Source: a virus. From it: DNA of 64,000 nt. The position numbers and the translations under genes are program-made. The notes under the pieces were generated by a model. The model was not told where the DNA came from. It made no database searches and saw only the letters and a program-made list of their open reading frames with translations. The first letter of the stretch is position 1, and every line of letters begins with the position of its first letter. The DNA lies in the IMG/VR virus record IMGVR_UViG_3300028840_006907, positions 160,001-224,000 of that record; one strand, 5' to 3'. Below, in pieces: positions 31,539-41,372 of this stretch.

Positions 31539-32214
31539 TTGTAATTTCCTCCCTTATATTTATAGAATTTCTTTTCTGTTTTCTGTAATCAAAAAATTGA
31601 TCATTTTCCCGATATATTATTCCTGTATATTCGGTCAGACCTTTTTTGGCACCTCTTTTATATTTATGTTTACCACAGAAAAGTTTTTGTTCATATTCTG
31701 TTAATTCATCATCTTTGTATTTGTGTAAGAAGTACCATTGATAAAATTTTAATCCTATTTTTCCTACGAAATAAGCATCAGCTACATGTTCGGAGAATCT
31801 TCTCCCCATTAAACCAAGTTCTTTTTTGGCTTGGTGTGTGATATGATGTTTTGTTATTTCTTCCATTTTTACTTTAGGTAAAGCGTATCTTTTTAAGGTA
31901 TTTGGTTGAACATAGATTACAAAGATCTGTTCATCAAGAAAAGCTTCATGAATATGCTGGTTTAAAGCGAAGAGTAATTCAGTGTTATAATCTTGTAAAT
32001 ACGGTGCTTCCATTGAAACAAATTTCACTTTCCACGTTCTTAATAGCAATCGTAGCCTTTCTCTTTGGGTAATTAACCGTTGTACCAATAGCCCGTCAAT
32101 AGGTCTAGTTTGAAAAACACCTGCTTCCAGGACAGATCTTTTTCCTGTTTTATTTTCATCGAAAACAACCCAGCCTAAATGAGTTATTGATGGGTCTAAT
32201 GATACTATGGCCAT
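31447..32214 (-). CDS. RuvC-like (RNase H fold) Holliday-junction resolvase, tentative
   Basis: MAIVSLDPSITHLGWVVFD resembles the RuvC start with catalytic Asp; start set at Met with GAGAGG SD; 3' end overlaps recA start by about 90 nt. Confidence 0.4.
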   Translation of the reverse strand: MAIVSLDPSITHLGWVVFDENKTGKRSVLEAGVFQTRPIDGLLVQRLITQRERLRLLLRTWKVKFVSMEAPYLQDYNTELLFALNQHIHEAFLDEQIFVIYVQPNTLKRYALPKVKMEEITKHHITHQAKKELGLMGRRFSEHVADAYFVGKIGLKFYQWYFLHKYKDDELTEYEQKLFCGKHKYKRGAKKGLTEYTGIIYRENDQFFDYRKQKRNSINIREEITNGGKESLHSGRIFEKGQEATKRSRVSKKSK

Positions 32215-32269
32215 ATAAATAAACCTCTCTGTGCCAATGTGAATTGGCACAGGGTGTTTTAAAAGATTA

Positions 32270-32899
32270 TTAAACCTGATCCAGTACGTTATCCAGATCT
32301 AATTTTTGAGTTGGATCACTACCCACAGTACTGGAAATACCAAGGAGGTCATTAATGTCTTCTTGTGATAGATTAGAAGCAATAGACTTTTTAATGAAAT
32401 CCCATATGGGTTTCGCTTCATCAAGAATAGCCTGTTTAATATTATCTTTTGCTGTCCAAATAGATTCACTGCAAGGAGTAATATCTAGGTGTTGGTACTC
32501 TTCATTTGAACAGGATACTTTGATGTCGTGGGTTGCCAAAGGAAATTCTCCGTTAACTGTTTTTAATTTCAAATAGGTTTGTTCACTGAAAAGCCATGGG
32601 TACAATTCATACCCAAATGGCTTTTTGAGATTTCCCATTTTGTCGGTGTTATATTTCACGATAACAGCACCAACTCTCCATTTTGCAGGCCCTAATATCT
32701 CACAACATTTTCCTTTTTTACAAAGGAAGAATCTGTCTTTAAAATGAATTTTAGATCCTGCAAACATTGCTTTAGGATCCATATAAACTATGGCCGAACG
32801 GTGGACTTCACCTTTTTTGCCTTTGTATTTTTCATACATCCCACCTTTGATGTCCTCATTTTCAAATCCAAAGGTTTCAATTTGGTCACTCATTACCAA
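32270..32899 (-). CDS. hypothetical protein
   Basis: 209-aa ORF. Confidence 0.3.
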   Translation of the reverse strand: MVMSDQIETFGFENEDIKGGMYEKYKGKKGEVHRSAIVYMDPKAMFAGSKIHFKDRFFLCKKGKCCEILGPAKWRVGAVIVKYNTDKMGNLKKPFGYELYPWLFSEQTYLKLKTVNGEFPLATHDIKVSCSNEEYQHLDITPCSESIWTAKDNIKQAILDEAKPIWDFIKKSIASNLSQEDINDLLGISSTVGSDPTQKLDLDNVLDQV

Positions 32900-32920
32900 T
32901 CTCCTTTTACTCTTTAAAAT

Positions 32921-33907
32921 TTATGAATAGTTGTTTAGTAAATCATCAATATCGATTCCACTATCGTCGTCAATTTTAATTTTTGGATGGTCTTCTTTTT
33001 GGTTAACGACTTCATTTTTTAGATTTTTTGAAATTTTTTCAGTTTCTTTCTCATCTCCTTTTTGTGAGTCTATTTTACCTCCTTTTTTTTCAATATCTAT
33101 AACCTCATCTAGGTCAACTCCATTTTCTGTATCAGTCATTACACCTTTTTCTATTTCAAAAACTTTTTCTTTATCAATAGACCATTCTTCAACAGGAAGA
33201 TCTTCATCTTCAGTATTTTCATCAGGGCTGATATCGGGTACTGGATCAATTAAATTCTCATCTAAGCTCTCATCTTTTTTCTCTTCTTTTTCTTCAGAAA
33301 AGATATCTTCTACATTGACTGGAATGGAAGGATCTGCTATATCATCTGTTGATTCCTCGGCTAAAGCTTCTTTAAAAGAATCAGAATTTGCCATACTTCT
33401 ACCCATCTCTTCCATTAGACCTTTAGCTGCAGCACTTGTAGCATGACCACTTCCAAGTTTTACCTGTGCTTCCAATACTCTTAATTGCAATCTTATATCT
33501 GCATTAGCCCTAGTTAAATTTCTGATTTTCAAGGTGATTGCTTTCAAAAGATTATTAAGGTCGTTTAATTCATTTTGGTAGTTTTGGACTTTTTCACGAT
33601 CTGATCTTAAAAGAAGATTTGCTTGTGCCTCTCTATCCTTGATATTAGGTAGACTTTTAATAGGTTCTTGGGTTAAGAGAGTATCTTTTTTTAATTCAAA
33701 TTCAGCCGTAGAATTATTGAGAGCTTTCTGCATCACTGATAACTCTTTTTGTACTCGGATACTGAAATGCTCTACTTCCTCGATGTAAGCATGACATTCA
33801 CCGATCTTTTGATTAATCTCCGTAGGGTCGGGGATAGCACTGACGTCTATGTTGAATTTTATCTCAAGCAGACGGTCAAAAATTTTACCTTTATATTTCT
33901 CATCCAT
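32921..33907 (-). CDS. acidic coiled-coil protein
   Basis: 328 aa, D/E-rich C-terminus, coiled-coil N-terminus. Confidence 0.3.
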   Translation of the reverse strand: MDEKYKGKIFDRLLEIKFNIDVSAIPDPTEINQKIGECHAYIEEVEHFSIRVQKELSVMQKALNNSTAEFELKKDTLLTQEPIKSLPNIKDREAQANLLLRSDREKVQNYQNELNDLNNLLKAITLKIRNLTRANADIRLQLRVLEAQVKLGSGHATSAAAKGLMEEMGRSMANSDSFKEALAEESTDDIADPSIPVNVEDIFSEEKEEKKDESLDENLIDPVPDISPDENTEDEDLPVEEWSIDKEKVFEIEKGVMTDTENGVDLDEVIDIEKKGGKIDSQKGDEKETEKISKNLKNEVVNQKEDHPKIKIDDDSGIDIDDLLNNYS

Positions 33908-33948
33908 TTTATGTAGTGCTCCTCTTGGATTTTAAAAGATTATTAATG

Positions 33949-34338
33949 TTATTTTTCTCCTAATTGAATCATCTCTAAAGGAATCGAATCATCTTTTAGA
34001 GAATTTACAAATTCTACTGTTTTCACATCCGTAACTTTTCCAAAGAAATACACAGATTTTATACCTACGGAAACTACTAGAATCATTTCATCGAGGTAAG
34101 GAAAATAAGTAGAGAAAAGGATAAAATTTGACATATCAGCATCTTTAGCACCAAATACAGCATCATGGATAGCCGAAACTTCCCATTTCTTATTTTTAAT
34201 TACCTTTTTATTAAATCCGTAAGACTGAATTTGTCTCCCATCCACTAAAACGGCACCTCTTTTGGGTTCACATATGGAGAGGACACTGGCTCCCCATGCG
34301 ATGTTGGCAAAGAATCTTTTCTCTTTTTTTGTAAGCAT
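33949..34338 (-). CDS. hypothetical protein
   Basis: 129-aa ORF overlapping 3' end of the helicase gene frame. Confidence 0.25.
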   Translation of the reverse strand: MLTKKEKRFFANIAWGASVLSICEPKRGAVLVDGRQIQSYGFNKKVIKNKKWEVSAIHDAVFGAKDADMSNFILFSTYFPYLDEMILVVSVGIKSVYFFGKVTDVKTVEFVNSLKDDSIPLEMIQLGEK

Positions 34339-36524
34339 ATTTTTATGCGTTCTCCTAAATTTGTGTTTCTTCTGTGTACACTCGAATTATTTATGGCTTT
34401 TTCTATAGCAGAACCATGACCTATTACAATTACTTTTGTTTTGGCTCTGGTTATAGCTGTGTACAATAAATTTCGTTGTAGCATATTTCTACCAAATTGA
34501 TTTATGAAAGGAAGTATTATAAAGGGATATTCCTGCCCTTGTGCTCGATGAACGGTGAGAGAATAGGCAAGTCTGACTTTTTCTAGAGCCTCATCAACTC
34601 CAATATCTACGGTTTTTTCAATTAAATCAATGGTGAATTTACCACCTCCAACATGAATAACTTTTCCTACCTCACCATTAAATACAGCTAGTTCATAATC
34701 ATTTTTGATAATTATAACCCTATCTCCCCGTCGAATAATAAATTTACCTACAGTACACTCTGTTTCAGGTCCAGCAGGATTTAATACAGCTTGAAGGCCG
34801 TCATTTAATTCATTTACACTTAACGGCCCTTCGTTACGGGGAGTAATGATTTGAAATAATCTACGTTCGTCTTTAAATTTTTGAGCGATTCTTATTATAA
34901 AATTTTGAATTTTTTCTACATTGTTTTCTCTTATGAAAAAAACATCTGCTTTCGGATCAGGTTTGAATAAACTCAAATCAGTATCACCACTCTTAATTCG
35001 GTGTGCTACTTTGATGATATCGGATGCCTCATCTTGACGGAATATCTGTTCCAGTTTTATAATAGGGATTTGACCACAGTGTATAAGTTCTCTTAAAACA
35101 TTTCCAGCACCGACTGAAGGTAATTGATTATTATCTCCAACGAGGATAAGATGTACACGATTTCTTAGAGCTGATAGAAGTCTATAAAAAACTTCCTGAT
35201 CGATCATTGAACTTTCATCTAGAATTACAACATCTGTTTCATATTTATTATGCTCACCGAATAACCAATCATCACCTCGGAATCCCAACCGTCTATGTAT
35301 CGTATACGCCCTGTAATTAATTGTAGTCTCCATTTTCTTAGCTGAAATACCTGTAGGGGCCATACAGGTCAGGTCTAGTTTTAGGCGCTTTATGAGGCTT
35401 ACAACGGCCTTTAACACTGTAGTTTTTCCCGCACCGGGAAGTCCTGTAATAACAAAAACTTTTTTCTCTACAAAATAATAAAGTGCTTTCCTTTGCTCCT
35501 CACTTAATGTAAAGCCGTTTTCGTGTTCAAATTGAGTGATGTGTTCATCAACCGATTTTCGATTCAGAAAAATAAGATCTGATTCTTTTTTAATAATTTT
35601 ACATATTTTTGATGCTGACAAGACTTCAGACATATAACATGATTTTGAGTATAATGATCCTAAATCTTTTACAATTTTCTGATCATCAATAAGATGTTTA
35701 ATATGAATTAAAATATCTGTTACGGTTATGGTTTTCTTATCTATAAAGGTTGTGTTTGTCTCTCGACTGAATCTGTTGATAAGATCTACTGTGTCTTCAA
35801 TGGTAAGAAAAAGATGACCATTGGCAGGACAAAGGACATTTAATGAGTATAATATAAATGCTACTAATCTTGTTGGATCATTTTCTGGAATCCCTAATTG
35901 CCGTGCTATAAAATCAGCAGTACTAAAACCGAATCCTTCTATTTCTGTAAGAAGATACGGATTTTCTCTGATTCTTTCTTCAGCTTCGAGTCCACCTCCA
36001 AAATATCTGAGGATTTTTTTAACTCTTCTTTCTCTAATGCCAAGTGAATTTAAAAAGGCTCTTAAACTATAATCTTGACGCTCTTTCTTCCAGCGATTTC
36101 GGTTAGTTACCCAGGCTTCTGCCAGACTTTCAGCGGAAATTTTACCTATACCTTCAACTTCAATTAAACGAGCTGGTTCAGTATCGAGAACAGTGATAGT
36201 CTCACTGCCAAAATGTTTAACAATTGCCTGAGCCCTTTCGGGTCCTATATTAGGGGATATTGCACCTATAAATAATTCAATACTTTTTATTTCTTCAACA
36301 TTATGGGAAATCGTGAATGAAGTAACTTTGAAATTAGTTCCATACTTATGATGCTTTTTATAATCACCATGGAAATTAGCGACAGTACCACTAACTACTT
36401 CAGGGCCGAATTCACCGATAACAGTAATAACTGGTCCAGATGGTATCCTGACCTTCATTACTTTGAATCCGGATTCTTCATTTTGGAAGATAATTCTTTT
36501 TACTGTACCTTTAACTGTTTCCAA
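34245..36524 (-). CDS. recD: RecD-like (RecD2-type) superfamily 1 DNA helicase
   Basis: Walker A GLPGAGKTT, motif VILDESSMI, C-terminal SLTVHRAQGQEY ... YTAITRAK. Confidence 0.85.
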   Translation of the reverse strand: METVKGTVKRIIFQNEESGFKVMKVRIPSGPVITVIGEFGPEVVSGTVANFHGDYKKHHKYGTNFKVTSFTISHNVEEIKSIELFIGAISPNIGPERAQAIVKHFGSETITVLDTEPARLIEVEGIGKISAESLAEAWVTNRNRWKKERQDYSLRAFLNSLGIRERRVKKILRYFGGGLEAEERIRENPYLLTEIEGFGFSTADFIARQLGIPENDPTRLVAFILYSLNVLCPANGHLFLTIEDTVDLINRFSRETNTTFIDKKTITVTDILIHIKHLIDDQKIVKDLGSLYSKSCYMSEVLSASKICKIIKKESDLIFLNRKSVDEHITQFEHENGFTLSEEQRKALYYFVEKKVFVITGLPGAGKTTVLKAVVSLIKRLKLDLTCMAPTGISAKKMETTINYRAYTIHRRLGFRGDDWLFGEHNKYETDVVILDESSMIDQEVFYRLLSALRNRVHLILVGDNNQLPSVGAGNVLRELIHCGQIPIIKLEQIFRQDEASDIIKVAHRIKSGDTDLSLFKPDPKADVFFIRENNVEKIQNFIIRIAQKFKDERRLFQIITPRNEGPLSVNELNDGLQAVLNPAGPETECTVGKFIIRRGDRVIIIKNDYELAVFNGEVGKVIHVGGGKFTIDLIEKTVDIGVDEALEKVRLAYSLTVHRAQGQEYPFIILPFINQFGRNMLQRNLLYTAITRAKTKVIVIGHGSAIEKAINNSSVHRRNTNLGERIKICLQKKRKDSLPTSHGEPVSSPYVNPKEVPF

Positions 36525-36526
36525 GC

Positions 36527-38488
36527 CTACTCTTCTTCGTCAAATAGTGAATAACTTTCGTATTTTATTTTTTTGTTCTCAACTTTAGTTGTTTCTGGTT
36601 CCGGTTTAGGAGTATCTCCAGTTATACCTAACATCTCAAGGAAAATTTTTTCATTAATTACCTGAACTCCGTATTTCTCAGCTTTCTGGGATTTGTTTGA
36701 ACCTTTATCTTCATTACAAACCAAATATGATAAATTTTTAACAACGGAATTCTTATTAGTACCACCATTTTCTTTCACTAATCCTTGGTAATGCCCACGT
36801 GGATGTTCCATTGATCCGGTAAAACAAAAAGACAGTCCGTCCAGAATACCTTTTTTCTCTTCTTCAACAGTAATGACTTTAAGTAATTCTGTGATCTCAG
36901 ATTTATATTTGATTAATCCCATGACTACATTATTTGCTGAAATGTCAGAAAATCCTTTTAAGGCTTTTATATCATCCACACTTTTTTCCATTAAATTCTC
37001 TATTGTACCAAATGCCTTTATTAATTCTTCTGAGGTTCCTTCAGATATCCCAGGGATTCCTAGAGCAGATAAAAACACAACAGGGGTAAGAGTATATGTT
37101 TTATCAATATTATTCATGACTTTTTGAGCAGATTTTTTACCCCATTTTTCAATTACAGCTATATCCTCTTCTTGAAGTCTGTATATATCGAAAATTTTAT
37201 TCAGTTTCCCAGCTTCACTTAATTTGTCAGCTAAGCTTTCACCAAATTCCTCTATTTTAGTAACTTTGATCCAATTTAAAATTCGGTAGAATATTTTTTT
37301 GGGACAATCATCATTTTCACATATGAGTTTGATACCATCATTAAGAAGCTTAGAATTACAGCTAGGGCACTCTGTTGGGATCTCAATAGGGTTACCCATA
37401 TGAGTAAGAACTTTGGTTATCTTTGGGATTATATCCCCGGCTTTAACTACCATTACAACATCACTACGACCTATACCAAGTCTCTTTATTTCGGCAATAT
37501 TATGCAAGGTTGCTTTTTTAACTTCTGACCCATCGATTATTACTGGTTCCAAGTGAGCCAGAGGTGTAACTACTCCTGTTCTCCCTACTTCCCATGTTTC
37601 TTCATTGAATATTGTAGCTGCACCAGGGGGTTCGAATTTCCAGGCTATTTGGGCTTTAGGTCTGTTTCTGGTAACACCCATTTTTTTCTGAACTTGGTAA
37701 GAGTTCACTTTTATGACAGCACCATCAATATCGAAAGGAAGTTTTTCTCGTTCTACAGCTATTTTTTCGAAAGCATCTACGATTTCCTCTTTTTTACCCA
37801 CTACAGTGAAAGGAATGTTAAACCCAAGTTCATCAAGTCGTTTTATTTTATCCTGTTCATCAAGAGGTTCTGTTAAATCATATGCCATTAAGAATAGGTA
37901 TTTACTGAATTTTCCATCCAGTCTTCTACTAATACCAGAAGCAGCATTTCGTGGATTACTATATTTATCATTTTCAGATAAAACTGTATTGATTTCTTTG
38001 AAATGAGTTTTACTTAATAATATTTCAGCTCTAACAGATCCGGTAAAGTCAGGCATTTCAGATCTTAATACTTTCATATGATCTACATTCTCTTTTATAT
38101 TTTCCCCAGTAGTACCATCACCTCTGGTAATAGCTTTGACCAGTTTCGATTCTTCGTGATCAAGAGAGAGGCTTAATCCATCTAATTTATACTGTAAGAT
38201 ATAAACAGTATCAGGTTTGAATTTCGATGCCCACTTGATAAATTCTTCTTTACTATGTACTTTTTCAAGGCTACCCATGAATATACCATGTTTAGCTTTT
38301 TCCCAATGGGAGGATGGCTCATGACCTACCTTTTCAAAGTAAGGGTGATTAGGAGCCTGTTTTTTAACAAGTGCTCTTAAAGTATCATACTCTTCATCAG
38401 TCATAATTGGATGACCAGAAGATTCATAGGCTTTATCTGCAGCAATAAGTTTATTTATGCTTAATTGTATATCTATCTGTTTTCCCAT
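36527..38488 (-). CDS. ligA: NAD-dependent DNA ligase
   Basis: Adenylation motif KLDGLS, OB and zinc-finger (CPSC...C) regions, C-terminal BRCT-like tail; 653 aa. Confidence 0.9.
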   Translation of the reverse strand: MGKQIDIQLSINKLIAADKAYESSGHPIMTDEEYDTLRALVKKQAPNHPYFEKVGHEPSSHWEKAKHGIFMGSLEKVHSKEEFIKWASKFKPDTVYILQYKLDGLSLSLDHEESKLVKAITRGDGTTGENIKENVDHMKVLRSEMPDFTGSVRAEILLSKTHFKEINTVLSENDKYSNPRNAASGISRRLDGKFSKYLFLMAYDLTEPLDEQDKIKRLDELGFNIPFTVVGKKEEIVDAFEKIAVEREKLPFDIDGAVIKVNSYQVQKKMGVTRNRPKAQIAWKFEPPGAATIFNEETWEVGRTGVVTPLAHLEPVIIDGSEVKKATLHNIAEIKRLGIGRSDVVMVVKAGDIIPKITKVLTHMGNPIEIPTECPSCNSKLLNDGIKLICENDDCPKKIFYRILNWIKVTKIEEFGESLADKLSEAGKLNKIFDIYRLQEEDIAVIEKWGKKSAQKVMNNIDKTYTLTPVVFLSALGIPGISEGTSEELIKAFGTIENLMEKSVDDIKALKGFSDISANNVVMGLIKYKSEITELLKVITVEEEKKGILDGLSFCFTGSMEHPRGHYQGLVKENGGTNKNSVVKNLSYLVCNEDKGSNKSQKAEKYGVQVINEKIFLEMLGITGDTPKPEPETTKVENKKIKYESYSLFDEEE

Positions 38489-38805
38489 TATTCTCCCTCG
38501 TCGTTATCGGTGTCATCATCATCTATATCAATTAAGATGTAACTGAATTGATCAAGTGTTTGTAAAGAGTGCCCAATTAATTTTGTTATATAATCTAAAA
38601 GTTTTTCCTTTAAAGGATCTTCCGATTTAAGAATGGTATAAGAATCTAGTGATTTACCAAATACATCGGATATAGATTTCAGTTTAAACTTCACAGCATC
38701 TAAAACCTGAAGTAAAGAATCGTTGTTCTGTTGGTCACTATTAAGTTTTTCCATATACTCCTTAAATTTATCATCCCCATATTCAGGGTCATTATTATTA
38801 CTCAT
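38488..38805 (-). CDS. small acidic protein
   Basis: 105 aa, ends in DDDDTDNDEGE. Confidence 0.3.
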   Translation of the reverse strand: MSNNNDPEYGDDKFKEYMEKLNSDQQNNDSLLQVLDAVKFKLKSISDVFGKSLDSYTILKSEDPLKEKLLDYITKLIGHSLQTLDQFSYILIDIDDDDTDNDEGE

Positions 38806-39086
38806 TTTTGTCTATTCCTTTAAAATTGATAGAAGCTATCCTATATAATGATATGGAACTAACAAGGGTTTTCGATAAGTAAAAAATAAAAAAAGTTTTT
38901 AAGTCTAATGGTTTGAGTAAGTTACAAGAGGTAATTTTAGGTTTAAAAAAACCATGTTTTTTGATAAGAATATATAATATAGAGTATAAATAATCCTGTT
39001 TTTATGATTTACTAAAAAAGTAATTAATATAAATAGCTATATGAATATGTATATATGAATATAGTTATTTATTTTTTCCTGAATAA

Positions 39087-39149
39087 GGAAAAGTAAAATA
39101 AAAAAGAACAGAAAAATAGTAGTAGAAGAAGAGAGGAATGAGGATTAAA
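39087..39149. repeat. 63-bp direct repeat, copy 1
   Basis: Identical to 40188..40250. Confidence 0.9.
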
Positions 39150-39395
39150 AAAGATATAGATGATATAAAAAGAACCAATATAATGAATTTAATAGTAAAA
39201 ATAAAAATTTAAGTCACCAATATAATGAATAAACTTATGAACAAAGTAAAAATATAACCTATAAAATCTTCAAAAAAAGTTAAATCATAACCTTATTTAT
39301 TCGAACCAGTTATAACAAAAAAAATAAAACCTTAAAAATTTTACTTATCACTTTACCTTTCTAACTTTGTATAAATAGTAGGAGGTAAATTTGAA

Positions 39396-39770
39396 ATGAA
39401 CACAATTTTTATCACAGGTTTGGATAAAATCTCTATTAAAAGATTCATCCAATTTATTCTAAAATACTTAAATGATTACCAAGTTGGTACACTTCATTAC
39501 TTAATGAGTGAAGAGAGCATAAACTATTACATCGAAGATTTTTCAAATAAATTTCAAAAAAGGATCTTCTCTTACTTCTTAAGGAAATCAGGAGATTCTA
39601 TACCCAATCTTCCTACTTCAATAACTGATAGTGCTGATCTTATCATATGGTTTGATTTATACAGTACTAAACCAATAGTTAAACAGAGTAAGACAGAACC
39701 GCATATTCTTAAAGGGGCTCTTATGGATTGGGCAAGACACATAGAGAAATTAGAGAAAGGGGGATTGTAG
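39396..39770 (+). CDS. hypothetical protein
   Basis: 124-aa ORF with AGGAGG SD; lies between the 63-bp repeats. Confidence 0.35.
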   Translation: MNTIFITGLDKISIKRFIQFILKYLNDYQVGTLHYLMSEESINYYIEDFSNKFQKRIFSYFLRKSGDSIPNLPTSITDSADLIIWFDLYSTKPIVKQSKTEPHILKGALMDWARHIEKLEKGGL

Positions 39771-40160
39771 AAAGCCAGTTTGAGGAGGATATTAGGGCTC
39801 AACCCTGTTTGAGGACCACCGGGGCACACGAGGCCGTTGTAACGATGTAAGTCGGTAGTGCCGTGTCATTTAGGAGTTCGATCCAGGGGGATAGATCGTG
39901 CCATGACTCCTGTCAGTATACCGTCATAGGTAAAACCGAGTTACTCAAGATATATTATACCGGTCTGAAGGGTTCATCAAACATGAGAAGTTTACATGGG
40001 TACAAGCCGTTTCTAAGAGTACCTCAAAATTGAATTTTAGCTGTTTTAGGAAACAAAGCCTTACTATGCATGTAGTAAGCGAAATGTCGCAGGCTCGTGC
40101 CTCGCTAGTGACCCAGCGGGGATGGTGAAGACAGAAAGGTGCATTAAAATTGAGTAATAG
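39771..40160. ncRNA. candidate structured RNA of unknown class (GC-rich, hairpin-rich non-coding segment)
   Basis: Local GC well above flanks, several perfect short hairpins (e.g. cttacta-tgcatg-tagtaag), no convincing ORF. Confidence 0.3.
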
Positions 40161-40187
40161 ATGTATCAATAAATAAAAAAATCAATA

Positions 40188-40250
40188 GGAAAAGTAAAAT
40201 AAAAAAGAACAGAAAAATAGTAGTAGAAGAAGAGAGGAATGAGGATTAAA
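40188..40250. repeat. 63-bp direct repeat, copy 2
   Basis: Identical to 39087..39149, spacing 1101 bp. Confidence 0.9.
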
Positions 40251-40376
40251 TAGTGAATTAAATCAATGAGTTACAGTGAGTGCTACTGTGTAATTTAAAG
40301 CGGATTTAAATTTAAAATTAGTACTAAAAAATACAGTATAGTCTAAAAATAAAGGACTATTTATTAGGAATAAATT

Positions 40377-40559
40377 ATGTGTAATGGTTTATCTATTAAG
40401 GAAGATTTACCTAAAGTTGATATCCATGTTGAGTGTGACTGTGGAGAAGAATTAGACATCGATTTACATGGATGGAGTCTGTCTGTGTACGGTGGACTAG
40501 TATTTAAATGCCCTTCCTGTGAGTCAGAAATAAAGACCTATATGGTAGAGAGTGTGTGA
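40377..40559 (+). CDS. small zinc-ribbon protein
   Basis: CDCG...CPSC. Confidence 0.3.
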   Translation: MCNGLSIKEDLPKVDIHVECDCGEELDIDLHGWSLSVYGGLVFKCPSCESEIKTYMVESV

Positions 40560-41367
40560 TACAGTTATGTGGAAACAAGATATAATACATGAGTTATTTA
40601 AAGAGACGATTAAAGTTAAAGGTGTTTTATACAAAATGGATATAGGAGAAGCTTATCCTCATGTCAAAGAGGGTCTCCCTATTTTAAAAGAATTCCTTCC
40701 AAAAACTGATTGTTATTACATGGGTACTCTTGATCTTACTGTGAAACTTATGGGTCAGTTTGAGAAGAATGCAGAACAAATGAAGTCAAATTATGATTAT
40801 GAAAACATACATTTTCCAAAGAAATATACTTTATGGGAATACTCTCTTCCTAAAGGAGGAAGGCATGGTATCAAAAAAGAGGCTCTGTATGTTTTAGATG
40901 AAGATAATAAAATATTCATTTGGCCGTTAATTTTTAGTCCAGAATTTAAAATATGGATTCCAGGTATGTATTGGGTATTTCTTTTTAAGAATCCTGCAGG
41001 TACGATGAAATTAGTGGGTCCAAATGATTTAAAAGAAGAAGAGATAGAGGATTTTGAAGAGACAGGACGGCGAGTTGTGTCTTATGTTCTAACCTTTTTG
41101 AAGATATTATCTTGTAAAAATGTAAAACAAGAAACCGTGACTTCTTATTTAACAAAACAGAAAAGGTACGGTAATAGACCTCTTTACCCTTATAAAATGG
41201 TGAGAGTTAAATCTATTAAATCGTATGAAGAGGATCCTGATTCTTCTGATTATGAAAACATTAGCTTCTGTCGTGGGCATTTTAAACAATATTTCCCAGA
41301 TAAACCGTTATTAGGAAAGTATACAGGTCTTTATTGGTGGGATCCTCATTTGCGGGAGGATGAGTAA
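40552..41367 (+). CDS. hypothetical protein
   Basis: 271-aa ORF. Confidence 0.3.
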   Translation: MCDTVMWKQDIIHELFKETIKVKGVLYKMDIGEAYPHVKEGLPILKEFLPKTDCYYMGTLDLTVKLMGQFEKNAEQMKSNYDYENIHFPKKYTLWEYSLPKGGRHGIKKEALYVLDEDNKIFIWPLIFSPEFKIWIPGMYWVFLFKNPAGTMKLVGPNDLKEEEIEDFEETGRRVVSYVLTFLKILSCKNVKQETVTSYLTKQKRYGNRPLYPYKMVRVKSIKSYEEDPDSSDYENISFCRGHFKQYFPDKPLLGKYTGLYWWDPHLREDE

Positions 41368-41372
41368 AGAAA

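Larger units (their letters stand above)
38806..40376. promoter_or_regulatory. strand-switch intergenic region with iterons and repeats; candidate replication origin / divergent promoter hub
   Basis: Minus-strand block ends and plus-strand block begins here; AT-rich; short iterons (ccaatataatgaat twice, tatatgaata twice); 63-bp perfect direct repeats. Confidence 0.4.

Noticed and set aside
39771-40160. Group I intron, tRNA or tmRNA identity for the GC-rich segment
   Set aside because: Group I P/Q/R/S-like fragments (e.g. aagatata..., gttca...) occur in the wrong order. The gagttcgatcc stretch lacks flanking complementary T-stem arms. No tRNA cloverleaf, and no tmRNA acceptor/CCA end could be built by eye. 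Left as unknown-class candidate RNA.
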